From Leptonemataceae bacterium (GTDB lineage Bacteria; Spirochaetota; Leptospiria; Leptospirales; Leptonemataceae): DNA of 64,000 nucleotides. The first letter of the stretch is position 1. Every line of letters starts with the position of its first letter. The stretch spans positions 3,808,001 to 3,872,000 of the forward strand of contig OZ245742.1 of the NCBI GenBank assembly GCA_965227295.1, in the 5' to 3' direction. Positions 17,921 to 27,737 of the stretch are shown here, piece by piece. Made by a program: the position numbers and the translations under genes. The notes under the pieces were generated by a model. That model had not been told where the DNA came from and did not search any database. It was given only the letters and a program-made list of their open reading frames with translations.

Positions 17921-20764
17921 ATGCACCTGCGTCAGGTTCTCTCGCTCGTACTGATCGGCGTTTCCGTTGTCGTTTTCATACTCATTCCGTTTCTGTACGT
18001 CGGCAACATCATCCAGCTCTGGTCCTTCGATCCGGACCTTCATAAGTGGCTGGTCAGCTTCTTCCAGGAAGTATACTTCACCGTCATTCTGGGCATGCTG
18101 GCCCTGGGGATCTATCTCTTCATTCAGCATCGCATCGAGGACAGCGATTCCAAGACGCTGACCGGCGGCGACTACGGCTGGATCGGTGCTTCGGCCGTGG
18201 CTTTGATTCTCTATGTGCTCGCTTACGCCGCCACCGAGGATTACGCTTCCATCTTCAAGACGGTCTATGCCGTCATCCCGTTCCTTGACTACGGAAATTA
18301 CTACATCGGCGACAACACGAGCCTGGGTGTACTCAGCCCCGATCTGCACACGTTTGTGTTGTGGATGTCGTTCTTCGTGATTGTGATGGGCGTCGTCCAT
18401 TTGTTCAATTCGTTCAACCGCATCGGCCTGGATCGCAAGAAGTACGGCGCGCTGCTGATCAACCTGCTCATCGCATTATTGCTCGGTCTCTTTCTCTTAA
18501 AGGTGCCGGCGTTCTACATTCTCGAAGAGAACGCCATCTCCGAACGTTATCTCGGCATGCGCAGTTTCGCCGGGCGCACCGAATTCGTCGGCGGCGGCTG
18601 GGAACTGCCGTACTGCATCGACCCGGAATCGAAGCGGGACTTCGAAAACGAACTGGCCGCGGAACGCGAGCGCGTGAAAGCCGAGGGTGGTTTCGTACAT
18701 GAGCCCTCCGGTTATCCGATTCCCCCCGGCATTCGTGACGACATCGCCATCATCGGCATTACGGACCGGGACATCGAAGCGAGTAACAACCAGTGGCCTC
18801 TCGACTGGGGAGTCTACGCGAGCATCACGGACGGCATGTCCGGCATCGAAGGGACCACGACGGTCTTTGACATCAGCTTCATCGACGAAAAGGGCGTCTT
18901 CGGCGGCGAGAGCTGCGGGCGCACGATTTCCTGCGAGCCCCTTGCCGGCGGCAAGGCCCGTCGCCAGGTGGACGTCCTGGCCGAGAGCGTGCGGAATTCC
19001 GAACAGTTGGTCGTAGCTGACTACCCGGTTGAAGTTTCGTCCGTGTCCCTCGATAAACTCGTGGACTACGAAAACCGCGTGCGCGTGCTTCGGGAGCGGA
19101 CCGGTATTAAGAACGTAAAGAACGGCGAATACGCGCCCATCCAGGCGACGTTGCCCAAACCACCGGTCACATCCATCGGCGAGGAACTGGACACGCAGGG
19201 TTTTGCGAATGTCTTCATCGACCCGCGGACGAAAGTAAACCGGAAGGTGCCGCTGGTCTTGCGAGTCCCGCGCATCGAGCGCTTTCGTACGGATACCTAT
19301 ACGCCCGTTGTAGATGACGACTTTTTCCCCGGCATGGCCCTGGCCACGACTCTCGCCTACTACGGCGTCGATCCCGTGAACGACGTCGAAGTGGACTTTC
19401 TGAACGGCTACGTCAAAATCAAAAACATCCCCGAGAAGTTTACGGAAGAACTGAACTTCGATACCGGCCAGATGGAACGCATCGACATCATGGCGCGGCC
19501 GAATCCCGAGCGCACCGTTACGATCCCCATGGATACGGACGGCCTCATGAACATCAACTTTCGCGGCGGCCGCTACTGCTTTCCGTATCACCAGATCCTG
19601 CCCGTCGCGCGCGGGGAGATCGACCCCGTCGAAATGCAGAAGGACTTCGAGGGCAAGATCATCCTCGTGGCCATGTACTACGCCACCGGTGTCTCCACCG
19701 CGCAGGATATTCACTTGAGTCCGTACGGAACCATGGCGGGGATCGAACACCAGGCCTATGCCATCAACACGATCCTGAACCAGGACTTCGCGCATTCCGT
19801 GCCGCCTCTCGTGAACCTGGTCATTTTGCTCGTGATTGCCCTCGTCACCGGTTTCTTTCAGCCCCGGGTCGCCACCTGGCTGAGCATCGCGGTATCCGCG
19901 GGCATCTTTCTCATCTACTACGTCGTAACGGTTTATGTTTCCTTCGATATCTTTAGCTATCTGCACATTCTCTGGACGGTGGGTATCGAGCAGGTGCTCA
20001 TGCTGATCGCCTTCGTTGTATTCCGGGTCCTTGCCGAAGAAGAAAACGTGAAGTTCATTCGCGGGACGTTCTCGAAGTTCGTTTCGCAGGATGTTGTGGA
20101 TGAACTCCTGGCGAATCCCGCCGCCATCGCTCTGGGGGGATCGAAGCGGGAAGTCTCGGTCTTTTTCTCGGACGTCCGCGGTTTTACGACGATCTCCGAG
20201 GCCCTGGGACCGGAAGAACTCGTCCAATTGCTCAACGAGTACCTCTCCGAGATGACGGAGTTGATCATCCACTATCGCGGCACCATCGATAAGTACATGG
20301 GCGACGCCATTATGGCGTTCTGGGGCGCTCCGGTGGAGAATCCAGACCACGCTTACTACACCTGCGTCGCGGCCATCGCCCAGTATCGCGCGCTCCAGAC
20401 GATGAAGACCGGCTGGGCCGAGAAGGGTACGACGCAGCTCGACATCGGCATCGGCATCAATACCGGCATGGCGGTCGTGGGAAACATGGGTTCTTCTCGT
20501 CGAATGGACTATACTCTCATGGGCGACACCGTGAACCTCGGATCCCGTCTGGAAGGCATCACGAAAACCTACGGAGTCAAGATTGTGATCTCGGAATTTA
20601 CATATGAGCGGGTCAAGGATCGAGTGTGGGCCCGGGAGCTCGACCTGGTGCAGGTGAAGGGCAAAAACGAACCCGTGCGGATTTACGAACTCATGGGACT
20701 CAAGGACGATGCGGACATTGAACGCCTTCGAGATGTGAAAGAATCGACGGCCGCGGCGAGCTAA
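17921..20764 (+). CDS. Membrane class III adenylate cyclase: multi-TM N-terminus, CHASE2-like sensor, 3 TM, cyclase domain
   Basis: FFSDVRGFTT, IDKYMGDAIMAFWGAP, GIGINTG, DYTLMGDTVNLGSRLEG; CHASE2-like IAIIGITD..QWP, SPYGTMAGIEHQA..INTIL; ATG at 17921 after GGAGG. Confidence 0.9.
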   Translation: MHLRQVLSLVLIGVSVVVFILIPFLYVGNIIQLWSFDPDLHKWLVSFFQEVYFTVILGMLALGIYLFIQHRIEDSDSKTLTGGDYGWIGASAVALILYVLAYAATEDYASIFKTVYAVIPFLDYGNYYIGDNTSLGVLSPDLHTFVLWMSFFVIVMGVVHLFNSFNRIGLDRKKYGALLINLLIALLLGLFLLKVPAFYILEENAISERYLGMRSFAGRTEFVGGGWELPYCIDPESKRDFENELAAERERVKAEGGFVHEPSGYPIPPGIRDDIAIIGITDRDIEASNNQWPLDWGVYASITDGMSGIEGTTTVFDISFIDEKGVFGGESCGRTISCEPLAGGKARRQVDVLAESVRNSEQLVVADYPVEVSSVSLDKLVDYENRVRVLRERTGIKNVKNGEYAPIQATLPKPPVTSIGEELDTQGFANVFIDPRTKVNRKVPLVLRVPRIERFRTDTYTPVVDDDFFPGMALATTLAYYGVDPVNDVEVDFLNGYVKIKNIPEKFTEELNFDTGQMERIDIMARPNPERTVTIPMDTDGLMNINFRGGRYCFPYHQILPVARGEIDPVEMQKDFEGKIILVAMYYATGVSTAQDIHLSPYGTMAGIEHQAYAINTILNQDFAHSVPPLVNLVILLVIALVTGFFQPRVATWLSIAVSAGIFLIYYVVTVYVSFDIFSYLHILWTVGIEQVLMLIAFVVFRVLAEEENVKFIRGTFSKFVSQDVVDELLANPAAIALGGSKREVSVFFSDVRGFTTISEALGPEELVQLLNEYLSEMTELIIHYRGTIDKYMGDAIMAFWGAPVENPDHAYYTCVAAIAQYRALQTMKTGWAEKGTTQLDIGIGINTGMAVVGNMGSSRRMDYTLMGDTVNLGSRLEGITKTYGVKIVISEFTYERVKDRVWARELDLVQVKGKNEPVRIYELMGLKDDADIERLRDVKESTAAAS

Positions 20765-20765
20765 G

Positions 20766-22700
20766 ATGCACGACTATCCGTTGCTAAAAACCATCAGCGT
20801 ACCGGCGGACCTGCGTCGCCTGCGCGAGGACCAGCTTCCGCAGCTCTGCGCGGAGGTTCGGGAGTACATCATCGATACCATCTCCAGTGTCGGCGGGCAC
20901 TTCGCCTCTAACCTCGGCGCGGTAGAACTTACGGTGGCGCTGCACTACGTCCTGGAGACTCCGGACGATAAACTCATCTGGGACGTCGGTCACCAAATTT
21001 ACCCGCACAAGATTCTGACCGGCCGTCGCGAGCGCTTAAAGAGCGTGCGCCGTAAGGGCGGCCTTTCCGGATTTCCGAAACGCGAGGAGTCTGAATACGA
21101 TCTCTACAATACCGGCCACGCCGGCACTTCCATCTCCCAGGTGCTGGGTGAAGCCATGGCCCGGGACCAGCTCGGCAAAGACCACAAGGTTGCCTGTGTC
21201 ATCGGCGACGCGTCCATTGCGGCGGGCATGGCTTTCGAGGCGTTGAACCACGGCGGCGACGTGGGTACGAACTGCCTGGTCGTCCTGAACGACAACGACA
21301 TGTCCATTTCCCACAACGTGGGCGCGCTGAATCAGTACTTAAACCGCATTGTTACCTCGTCCGCCTGGAATAAGTGGCGGCGCTTCTGGTACACGCTGTT
21401 GCTCTGGCTGCCGGTCATCGGTCCCGCGTTGCGTAGCTTCTCGAAGAAACTCGAGAAATCCATCAAGGATCTGCTTACTCCCGGCGGATTCTTTTCCGAT
21501 CTCGGCTTTCGCTACTTCGGCCCCGTGGACGGTCACGACGTACGTGAGCTCGTGCGCGTGTTACGCAAAGTCCTCGATATGCGCGGGCCCATCCTGCTGC
21601 ACGCGTACACGCAAAAAGGGAAGGGCTACGAGTACGCCGAAAACGATCCCATTCGCTACCACGGTGTTACCGTCTTTAACAAGGCCGACGGTAGCTTCGC
21701 GCGTAAGGACGGCCCCGGCAAAGTCGCCTTTTCACAAATCGTCGGCGATACGTTGCTGGAACTCGCGCAGTCCAACGAGAAGGTCGTCGCGGTCACGCCG
21801 GCCATGATCGAAGGCTCCGGCCTGCGTCCGCTCTACAACTCCATGCCCGAGCGCGTCTACGACGTAGGCATCGCCGAACAACACGCCGTATCGTTTGCGG
21901 GCGGCCTCGCGTCCGGCGGCCTGGTCCCGTACCTCTGCATCTACTCCACGTTTCTCAACCGCGGCTTCGATCAGCTCATCCAGGACGTTGCGCTCATGAA
22001 TTTCCCGGTTCGCATGGTGGTGGATCGGGCCGGCTGCGTCGGGCCGGACGGTGAAACGCACCAGGGCCTCTACGATCTGGGCGTGCTGTTGTCCGTGCCG
22101 AACGTGAAGGTCTACGCCCCGGCCAGCGGCGGCGAACTCAAAGCCATGCTGCGTTACATGGAAACGTACGACGAAGGCCCGCTGGCCGTGCGTTTTCCGA
22201 AGGCCGCCTGCGATCCGGCCGGTCTGGCCGAAGAGAAACTTCCCGACGTAAGCAGTTTGCGACCAGAAGTTTACGGCCAGGGACGCGATCTGGCGATCCT
22301 GAGCGTCGGCGTGATGTGGGACCTCGGCCTCGCCGTAGAAAAAGAAATCCGCAATCGTTACGGCATTCTTTCAACGGTGGTGGGACTGCGCTGGATTCGT
22401 CCCCTGGATCTGGACACGCTGTCGGAGATCGTCGGTGACTGCGAGCACTTCATCATCATCGAAGATTCCTACATTTACAGCAGCGCGGCCGCCTACGTGC
22501 GCGAACGTTTGCCGGCCGAACTGAATGCCCGTCATTTGCGTACGTTCGCATTTCCGGAAGAAGCCGTGGATCACGGCGGTCGCGACGAGGTTCTGGCCGA
22601 TTACGACATCTCCGTGCCCGGTATCTCCGAATATCTCAGCAAGCATCGCGCCTTCGCCGGAAAAGTTTACACCTACGCCGCCGAACCGTCCGAAATTTAA
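20766..22700 (+). CDS. dxs: 1-deoxy-D-xylulose-5-phosphate synthase
   Basis: GGHFASNLGAVEL, WDVGHQ, GDAS...NDN, DVGIAEQH, DRAG.VGPDGETHQG. Confidence 0.98.
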   Translation: MHDYPLLKTISVPADLRRLREDQLPQLCAEVREYIIDTISSVGGHFASNLGAVELTVALHYVLETPDDKLIWDVGHQIYPHKILTGRRERLKSVRRKGGLSGFPKREESEYDLYNTGHAGTSISQVLGEAMARDQLGKDHKVACVIGDASIAAGMAFEALNHGGDVGTNCLVVLNDNDMSISHNVGALNQYLNRIVTSSAWNKWRRFWYTLLLWLPVIGPALRSFSKKLEKSIKDLLTPGGFFSDLGFRYFGPVDGHDVRELVRVLRKVLDMRGPILLHAYTQKGKGYEYAENDPIRYHGVTVFNKADGSFARKDGPGKVAFSQIVGDTLLELAQSNEKVVAVTPAMIEGSGLRPLYNSMPERVYDVGIAEQHAVSFAGGLASGGLVPYLCIYSTFLNRGFDQLIQDVALMNFPVRMVVDRAGCVGPDGETHQGLYDLGVLLSVPNVKVYAPASGGELKAMLRYMETYDEGPLAVRFPKAACDPAGLAEEKLPDVSSLRPEVYGQGRDLAILSVGVMWDLGLAVEKEIRNRYGILSTVVGLRWIRPLDLDTLSEIVGDCEHFIIIEDSYIYSSAAAYVRERLPAELNARHLRTFAFPEEAVDHGGRDEVLADYDISVPGISEYLSKHRAFAGKVYTYAAEPSEI

Positions 22701-22746
22701 TCCGTGGCCCTCGGGCGGACTGCGTCCGCCGGCCGCGGGAGGAATT

Positions 22747-23229
22747 ATGAATCCGGACGCGCGAATCTTTCATCAAGAAGGGATGAGCGACGCGATCGTC
22801 GGCGACTACGACGCCGCCGAATTTTATCTGCTGAAATCACTCGAAATTGAACCGTCCATTCCGGCCTACGCAACGCTGGGCTGGATCTACGGATCGGTGC
22901 ACCGCCGCAATGACGACGCCCTGCGTTGTTTTCGCAAGGCCATCCGCCTGAATCCGAAGAACGGCGATCTCTACAACGACTGCGGCGCCGTGATGCTCCG
23001 CATGGGTAAGCTCCGTGAATCCGTGAAGTGGTTCCTGAAGGCCCTCAAATCTCCCGAGGGCGCGAAAAAACACCTGGCGCTCTTCAACCTGGCCGTCGTC
23101 TATCGGCGCTGGAACCGTTCGGAACGCAGCCGTCGCTACCTCAACCTCGCCCTGAAACACCGCCCGGACTTCGAACGGGCCCGTGCATTGCTTGCCGAAA
23201 TTCACCGGGAAACTCAGATCGTGAATTGA
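22747..23229 (+). CDS. Tetratricopeptide repeat protein
   Basis: TPR periodicity (AYATLG...ALRCFRKAIRLNP; LYNDCG; ALFNLA...ALKHRPDF); ATG after GGAGGA. Confidence 0.85.
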   Translation: MNPDARIFHQEGMSDAIVGDYDAAEFYLLKSLEIEPSIPAYATLGWIYGSVHRRNDDALRCFRKAIRLNPKNGDLYNDCGAVMLRMGKLRESVKWFLKALKSPEGAKKHLALFNLAVVYRRWNRSERSRRYLNLALKHRPDFERARALLAEIHRETQIVN

Positions 23230-23705
23230 TGATCGATCTGCTCTTGCGGGCCGGCCTGGTCCTGGCCGGCCTCGCGTATCTCACGCTCATTCTACTATCC
23301 CCACGTTCCGCTCGCCCGGGCCTGGTGCTCAGCCTGCTGCTCGCACTGCTGGCCTTCGGCGCTCTGGCCGGCGATTATTTCTACGCCTTCCTGATCCCGA
23401 CGGCGGGCATTGCCTGGCGGCTTGCGAAGAGATATCGAGAGGATGATGCGATGCCGCACCTGCTCACGGTCGGTCTCGTGTGCCTGGGTCTGGCCTGGTT
23501 TTTCGTGGCCCTGCCGGACCTCGGTCGGTTTGTGCCGATGCTGCCGGCCGACAGTCCCGCGGATTCTTATGACCTCGCCCGCATCGCAGAGGACTTTCGG
23601 ACGAATCCCGTGGCTGTCCCCCTGGTGTCGATCTACGGATTGCTGTTTGCCGCGGCGCTCTTCGTGCTGTGGCGCCGACGGCGAGAGCAGGGGGAGCGAG
23701 TCTGA
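23229..23705 (+). CDS. Hypothetical integral membrane protein
   Basis: About 5 hydrophobic segments; TGATG coupling to the genes on both sides. Confidence 0.7.
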   Translation: MIDLLLRAGLVLAGLAYLTLILLSPRSARPGLVLSLLLALLAFGALAGDYFYAFLIPTAGIAWRLAKRYREDDAMPHLLTVGLVCLGLAWFFVALPDLGRFVPMLPADSPADSYDLARIAEDFRTNPVAVPLVSIYGLLFAAALFVLWRRRREQGERV

Positions 23706-24370
23706 TGGAACGTTATCTGGATCCACCGGTTCTTTTGACCCTGGGCATGCTTCTGTTTCTGGCTGGCCTCTACGTGTACCGGCGCCTGCCGGCACCTGTC
23801 TTCGTCGGCAACTTGCTGCTGCACCTGGTCCTGGCCCGCTACGGCAGCGAGCGGGGCATGAGTTCCGCCGTACTGCACATGATCCTGTTTGCAAACTACG
23901 CAACACCCGCGTTAGTCTTCGTCGCCGGACATCTGCCCGTGCGCCTGTCCGCAATGACTGTTCCAGCCGTGGCCGCGTCCTACGGCGGGAGCACGATCCT
24001 GCTCGCCGCGCTCGCGCCGCCGGTGCTGGCCGCCTACACCATCGCGTTCTGCGGCGGGATCTACTTCGCTCTCTTGTTGCTCGTGCTGGCGACCGACAGT
24101 GTGCGGTTGCGTCTGTATGCCGTCGCCCAGGCGAGCTTTCCCGGGGTGTTGATCTACACCGCCGCCGGCGCGTTCCCCGGTGGCCTGTTTACAGCGGACG
24201 TTAGTCTGCCCGTTCGCCTGTTCGCGCCGCTGCTCTATGCCGGCCTGCCGCTCGCCGTACTCTGGATCGGCACCGGCCGGGCCGACATCTGGGCACGCTT
24301 TGTGATTTCCGCGCCGATTGTTCTCGCCGCCGTTGTCGTGCACTGGATCATGGGGACTCTTGCCCCGTGA
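23705..24370 (+). CDS. Hypothetical polytopic membrane protein
   Basis: 221 aa, almost wholly hydrophobic; TGATG coupling to the upstream gene. Confidence 0.7.
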   Translation: MERYLDPPVLLTLGMLLFLAGLYVYRRLPAPVFVGNLLLHLVLARYGSERGMSSAVLHMILFANYATPALVFVAGHLPVRLSAMTVPAVAASYGGSTILLAALAPPVLAAYTIAFCGGIYFALLLLVLATDSVRLRLYAVAQASFPGVLIYTAAGAFPGGLFTADVSLPVRLFAPLLYAGLPLAVLWIGTGRADIWARFVISAPIVLAAVVVHWIMGTLAP

Positions 24371-24371
24371 A

Positions 24372-26519
24372 GTGAGTTCGGAAACCGACATCGATCCAGT
24401 ATCCATTTTCGGCGCGGCCGGGGTGGAGCGCTTTCGCCGGGTGTGGCCGGACTACGAGCCGCGACCGCAGCAGGAACGTATGGCCGGAGCCGTCCACTCC
24501 GCGTTGCGTGACGGTCGTTCGTTGCTCGTCGAAGCGGGGACCGGCGTCGGCAAGACCCTGGCTTACCTGCTGCCCCTCCTCGAATACGGGGAGCGCGAGG
24601 ACGTACGGGTCGTTGTGTCCACGGAGACGCGGTCGCTCCAGCAACAGATCCTCGAAAAAGATCTGCCCACCGCGCGCAAGATTCTCGGCCGCGACATACC
24701 GGCGGAGCTGTGCCTGGGCGCATCCAACTACGTTTGCAAGCGCCGCCTGGCCGGCGTGCTCGACGAGGGATCGTTCGGCCCGGAGATGATGGACTCCATC
24801 GAAGAGTTCCTCGCCTGGGAGAAACGAACGGAGACCGGGGTTCGCCACGAGTACACCGGCCCGGCGAGCCCGGAGTTCTGGCGCAAGATCGGCCGGGACC
24901 CGGATGATTGCCTGGGCGGGCGTTGTCCGAATTTTGATGTATCGTACTATTTTCTTGCGAAGCGGCGCTGGCAGGACGCGCGCCTCCTCGTCGTGAACCA
25001 CAGCCTGCTGTCGTATCATTTCGCCTACGGCCGGCGGCTTTTGCCGGAGTTTTCTCACGTTGTCGTGGACGAGGCTCATCGTTTCCCGGAGATCTTTCAC
25101 GGGGCCTTCGCCGAAGCCGCTTCGTTTCGCGAGATGCAGATCATGATCACCGAACTGGGGCGCAAGGGACATGCCGACGAAAGCCGGGCCTTCGAATCGT
25201 TTCGTGATGCCCTCATCGAAGCGTTGCCCTTGAAACCGGGCGAAAACCTCCGCTGCGGCGGCGCGGGCCTGGAACTGGCGGCCGGCCGGGATTTCGTAAG
25301 TGCCCTGGATCGTGGGCAACGCTATCTCAAGCAGAAGTTACAACAACTCAGCCAGCAACAGCAGTTGAGTCTCGGCGACAGCGAAGACCGCAATCAGACG
25401 AACGTGGACGCGATGGAGGTGCAGGCTCTTTCGAATCGTCTGAGTCGCGTAACTTCTCTTGTGAATACCTTACTGGACGGCGCTCCGGAAAGCGAGGACC
25501 GGGTGTTCTGGCTTTCTCGCGCAGCGGAGGAGCGGCGGCGGCGCCGGTCTTCGAAAAAGGATCGCGGCGAGCGGAATGACGCGCCGGACTATCGTCTGCA
25601 ACGAGCTCCGCTCTACCCTGGCGCGCTGATTCGCCGTAACTTTCTGAAAGAGGTTCGCACGGTCGTCTTTACCTCGGCCACGCTCACAACCCGCGGCGGC
25701 GCGCCGCGCGAAACGTCGGGAAACCAAACGAAAGCAGAAACGATTCATCCGGCCTTCGCCTACTTTGCGCGGGAGATCGGCTGTGACGACGGCGGCGATT
25801 CCGGCGAAGTTGCGCCGCCGCTCTCGCTGCAACTGGATTCGCCTTTCGACTACCGGCGCCGCGCGCTGCTGTACCTGCCCCGGGACATGCCTGATCCGGC
25901 ACGAGAAGAGGAGCGCTTTCACCAGGCGGCGGCCCGGGAGATTGAGCGCCTGTTACTCTTGAGCCGGGGCGGGGCCTTTGTGTTGTTTACGTCGGGGCGA
26001 TCGCTCCGGGCCGTGCAGGCGTTGATGAGCGGCGAGCGTCGCTATGCCGGGGACGAGGACGATCACGCCGCGTACGAAATCATCAATCAACTCGAACACG
26101 GCGCGTCCACGGCCCTGTTGAAGTTCCTGCAGGCCGAGCGCGGCGCACTGTTCGGCCTCGCCACGTTCTGGCAGGGCATTGACATTGCCGGTGATCGCCT
26201 TCGCCTGGTGATCCTGGTACGGCTGCCGTTTCGCGTGCCCGACGAACCGTTGCTGGCCGCTCGCATGGAACGTGAGAAAGAATCCGGCGGCGATCCCTTT
26301 CGTTCGCTCCAGCTCCCCGCCGCCGTGATCAGCATCAAACAGGGCTTCGGCCGCCTGATTCGCACGCACAACGACCGCGGCATCGTGGCGATCCTTGACC
26401 CGCGCATTCGCACGAAGAACTACGGAAAGGGCATCCTGCGGGCGCTCCCCCCGGCGAGAATCGCGGCGAGCAGTTTCGAGGAAATGGTCCAGATCCGCGA
26501 CGAATTGTTCGGGGATTGA
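24372..26519 (+). CDS. DinG/YoaA-family ATP-dependent DNA helicase
   Basis: YEPRPQQ (Q motif), EAGTGVGKT, VNHSLL, VDEAH, TSATL, FWQGIDIAG, QGFGRLIRTHNDRG, LDPRI. Confidence 0.93.
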   Translation: MSSETDIDPVSIFGAAGVERFRRVWPDYEPRPQQERMAGAVHSALRDGRSLLVEAGTGVGKTLAYLLPLLEYGEREDVRVVVSTETRSLQQQILEKDLPTARKILGRDIPAELCLGASNYVCKRRLAGVLDEGSFGPEMMDSIEEFLAWEKRTETGVRHEYTGPASPEFWRKIGRDPDDCLGGRCPNFDVSYYFLAKRRWQDARLLVVNHSLLSYHFAYGRRLLPEFSHVVVDEAHRFPEIFHGAFAEAASFREMQIMITELGRKGHADESRAFESFRDALIEALPLKPGENLRCGGAGLELAAGRDFVSALDRGQRYLKQKLQQLSQQQQLSLGDSEDRNQTNVDAMEVQALSNRLSRVTSLVNTLLDGAPESEDRVFWLSRAAEERRRRRSSKKDRGERNDAPDYRLQRAPLYPGALIRRNFLKEVRTVVFTSATLTTRGGAPRETSGNQTKAETIHPAFAYFAREIGCDDGGDSGEVAPPLSLQLDSPFDYRRRALLYLPRDMPDPAREEERFHQAAAREIERLLLLSRGGAFVLFTSGRSLRAVQALMSGERRYAGDEDDHAAYEIINQLEHGASTALLKFLQAERGALFGLATFWQGIDIAGDRLRLVILVRLPFRVPDEPLLAARMEREKESGGDPFRSLQLPAAVISIKQGFGRLIRTHNDRGIVAILDPRIRTKNYGKGILRALPPARIAASSFEEMVQIRDELFGD

Positions 26520-26520
26520 A

Positions 26521-26644
26521 ATTCTTCGCGCCAGGGATTGGAAGGGTTGCGCCGCCAGGCGCAAGTCCGGAGCGCGAAGCGCGGAGGACCGAAGCGATAG
26601 CGTAGCCCTGGAAAGCCCGACCGCCCCGAAGGGGCGGGGCGCCC
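26521..26644 (+). repeat. Structured palindromic repeat, copy 1
   Basis: TCTTCGCG...AGGGATTGGAAGGGT...CCGAAGCGATAGCGTAGCCCTGGAAAGCCCG...CGCCC; aligns with 26672-26783 (inverted) and 28732-28838. Confidence 0.9.
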
Positions 26645-26671
26645 TGAAGAAAGTAGCATAAGGATCTTTTT

Positions 26672-26783
26672 GGGCGTCTCCCGTCCTGCGGCCGGGACCG
26701 CGCTGCTCCGGGCTCCGCTATCGCTTCGGTCTCGCGAAGACGCGAGACTCGCTTCGCGACCCTCCGCATCGCTGACGCGAAGA
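26672..26783 (-). repeat. Structured palindromic repeat, copy 2 (inverted)
   Basis: Reverse complement reads TCTTCGCG...AGCGATGCGGAGGGT...CCGAAGCGATAGCGGAGCCC...CGCCC. Confidence 0.88.
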
Positions 26784-26819
26784 GTGGGGCATTCTTAGAG
26801 TTTGACCGATATTCATACT

Positions 26820-27728
26820 ATGTCCCAATTTCGTCGGTTGATCTTTGCGGCTCTGGCCTTTTCCGTTGTGGCAACCGCTCTATTTGCGCGTGACCGCACC
26901 TTGTTCTTTCGCACGCCGGCGTTTCACTTTGTCCAGGTCATCGACGAAAACGCGCGGATTGACTGGACCGGGGGATACGTCTTCGCCGAGGCGCGCGTGC
27001 GTCTGCCCCGCATCATCTACGATCGCAAGCATCCGGACTTCGGCAAGGCCGGCACCGAGACGTCCATCACCGATGCCCGGGCGGCGGCACGGAACAAGGC
27101 CACCGAGCTGGCGACGCTCCGGCTCATGAACACGCTGACGTCGCTCCGCCTGGATTCGAGCTTCACGCTGTACGAAAAGATGACCGTGGACCGGGAACTG
27201 CGCGAGAGCCTGGGCAATCTGAGCGAGCGCTTTCTGACCAAGTCCCGGAACGTCGGCGAGGGCTACGTCTCCGTGGAACTGGCCATGCCGTTCCTGGGCG
27301 AGGACGGCCTGTACTCCATGCTCGTCGGATCGCACTACGGTTCGGAGCTGCCGCCGGTGGTGGAGCCCCTGGATGTGGTGGACGCCGTGAGCGGTCTCGT
27401 CGTGGATTTGCGCGAGGCGCGGGAGTTCACGCCGTCCCTCGAACCGCGCATCTTCACCGATCGTGGGCGGTTGATCTACGGCCCGGAGATGGCCGGCAGT
27501 TCGTGCATTCGGCGCGGCCTGGTCTCCTACTATGCCTCGGCGGAACGGGCCATGCAGGACGCCCGTCTGGGAGACGCCCCGTACTACACCTATGCCGCCG
27601 GAGTGATGGGGCGGGGGAAAAGTGATATATATCTGGACGCGGAAGATGCGGAGCGGCTTCTGGGTCATGCCTCCGGCCGTATGGTGCTGCGGCGCTGCCG
27701 GGTGGTATTCATCGTAGATCAAAAATAA
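26820..27728 (+). CDS. Hypothetical exported protein
   Basis: Signal-peptide-like N-terminus (RRLIFAALAFSVVATALFA); typical codon usage; leads into rfaE1. Confidence 0.75.
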   Translation: MSQFRRLIFAALAFSVVATALFARDRTLFFRTPAFHFVQVIDENARIDWTGGYVFAEARVRLPRIIYDRKHPDFGKAGTETSITDARAAARNKATELATLRLMNTLTSLRLDSSFTLYEKMTVDRELRESLGNLSERFLTKSRNVGEGYVSVELAMPFLGEDGLYSMLVGSHYGSELPPVVEPLDVVDAVSGLVVDLREAREFTPSLEPRIFTDRGRLIYGPEMAGSSCIRRGLVSYYASAERAMQDARLGDAPYYTYAAGVMGRGKSDIYLDAEDAERLLGHASGRMVLRRCRVVFIVDQK

Positions 27729-27737
27729 TCACCGCGC

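Noticed and set aside
18497..20350. 617-aa antisense ORF (and similar long ones at 10908-12194, 15530-16786, 16702-17868, 48983-50287)
   Set aside because: They lie opposite well-supported genes, have no motifs, and are the expected shadow ORFs of GC-rich codon bias.
24372..26519. DinG as part of a type IV CRISPR or other defence system
   Set aside because: No csf/cas genes or array nearby; context and motifs fit a housekeeping YoaA/DinG helicase.
26521..26783. Structured repeats as tRNA genes
   Set aside because: No T-loop (GTTCRA) or D-loop consensus and no cloverleaf of tRNA dimensions.
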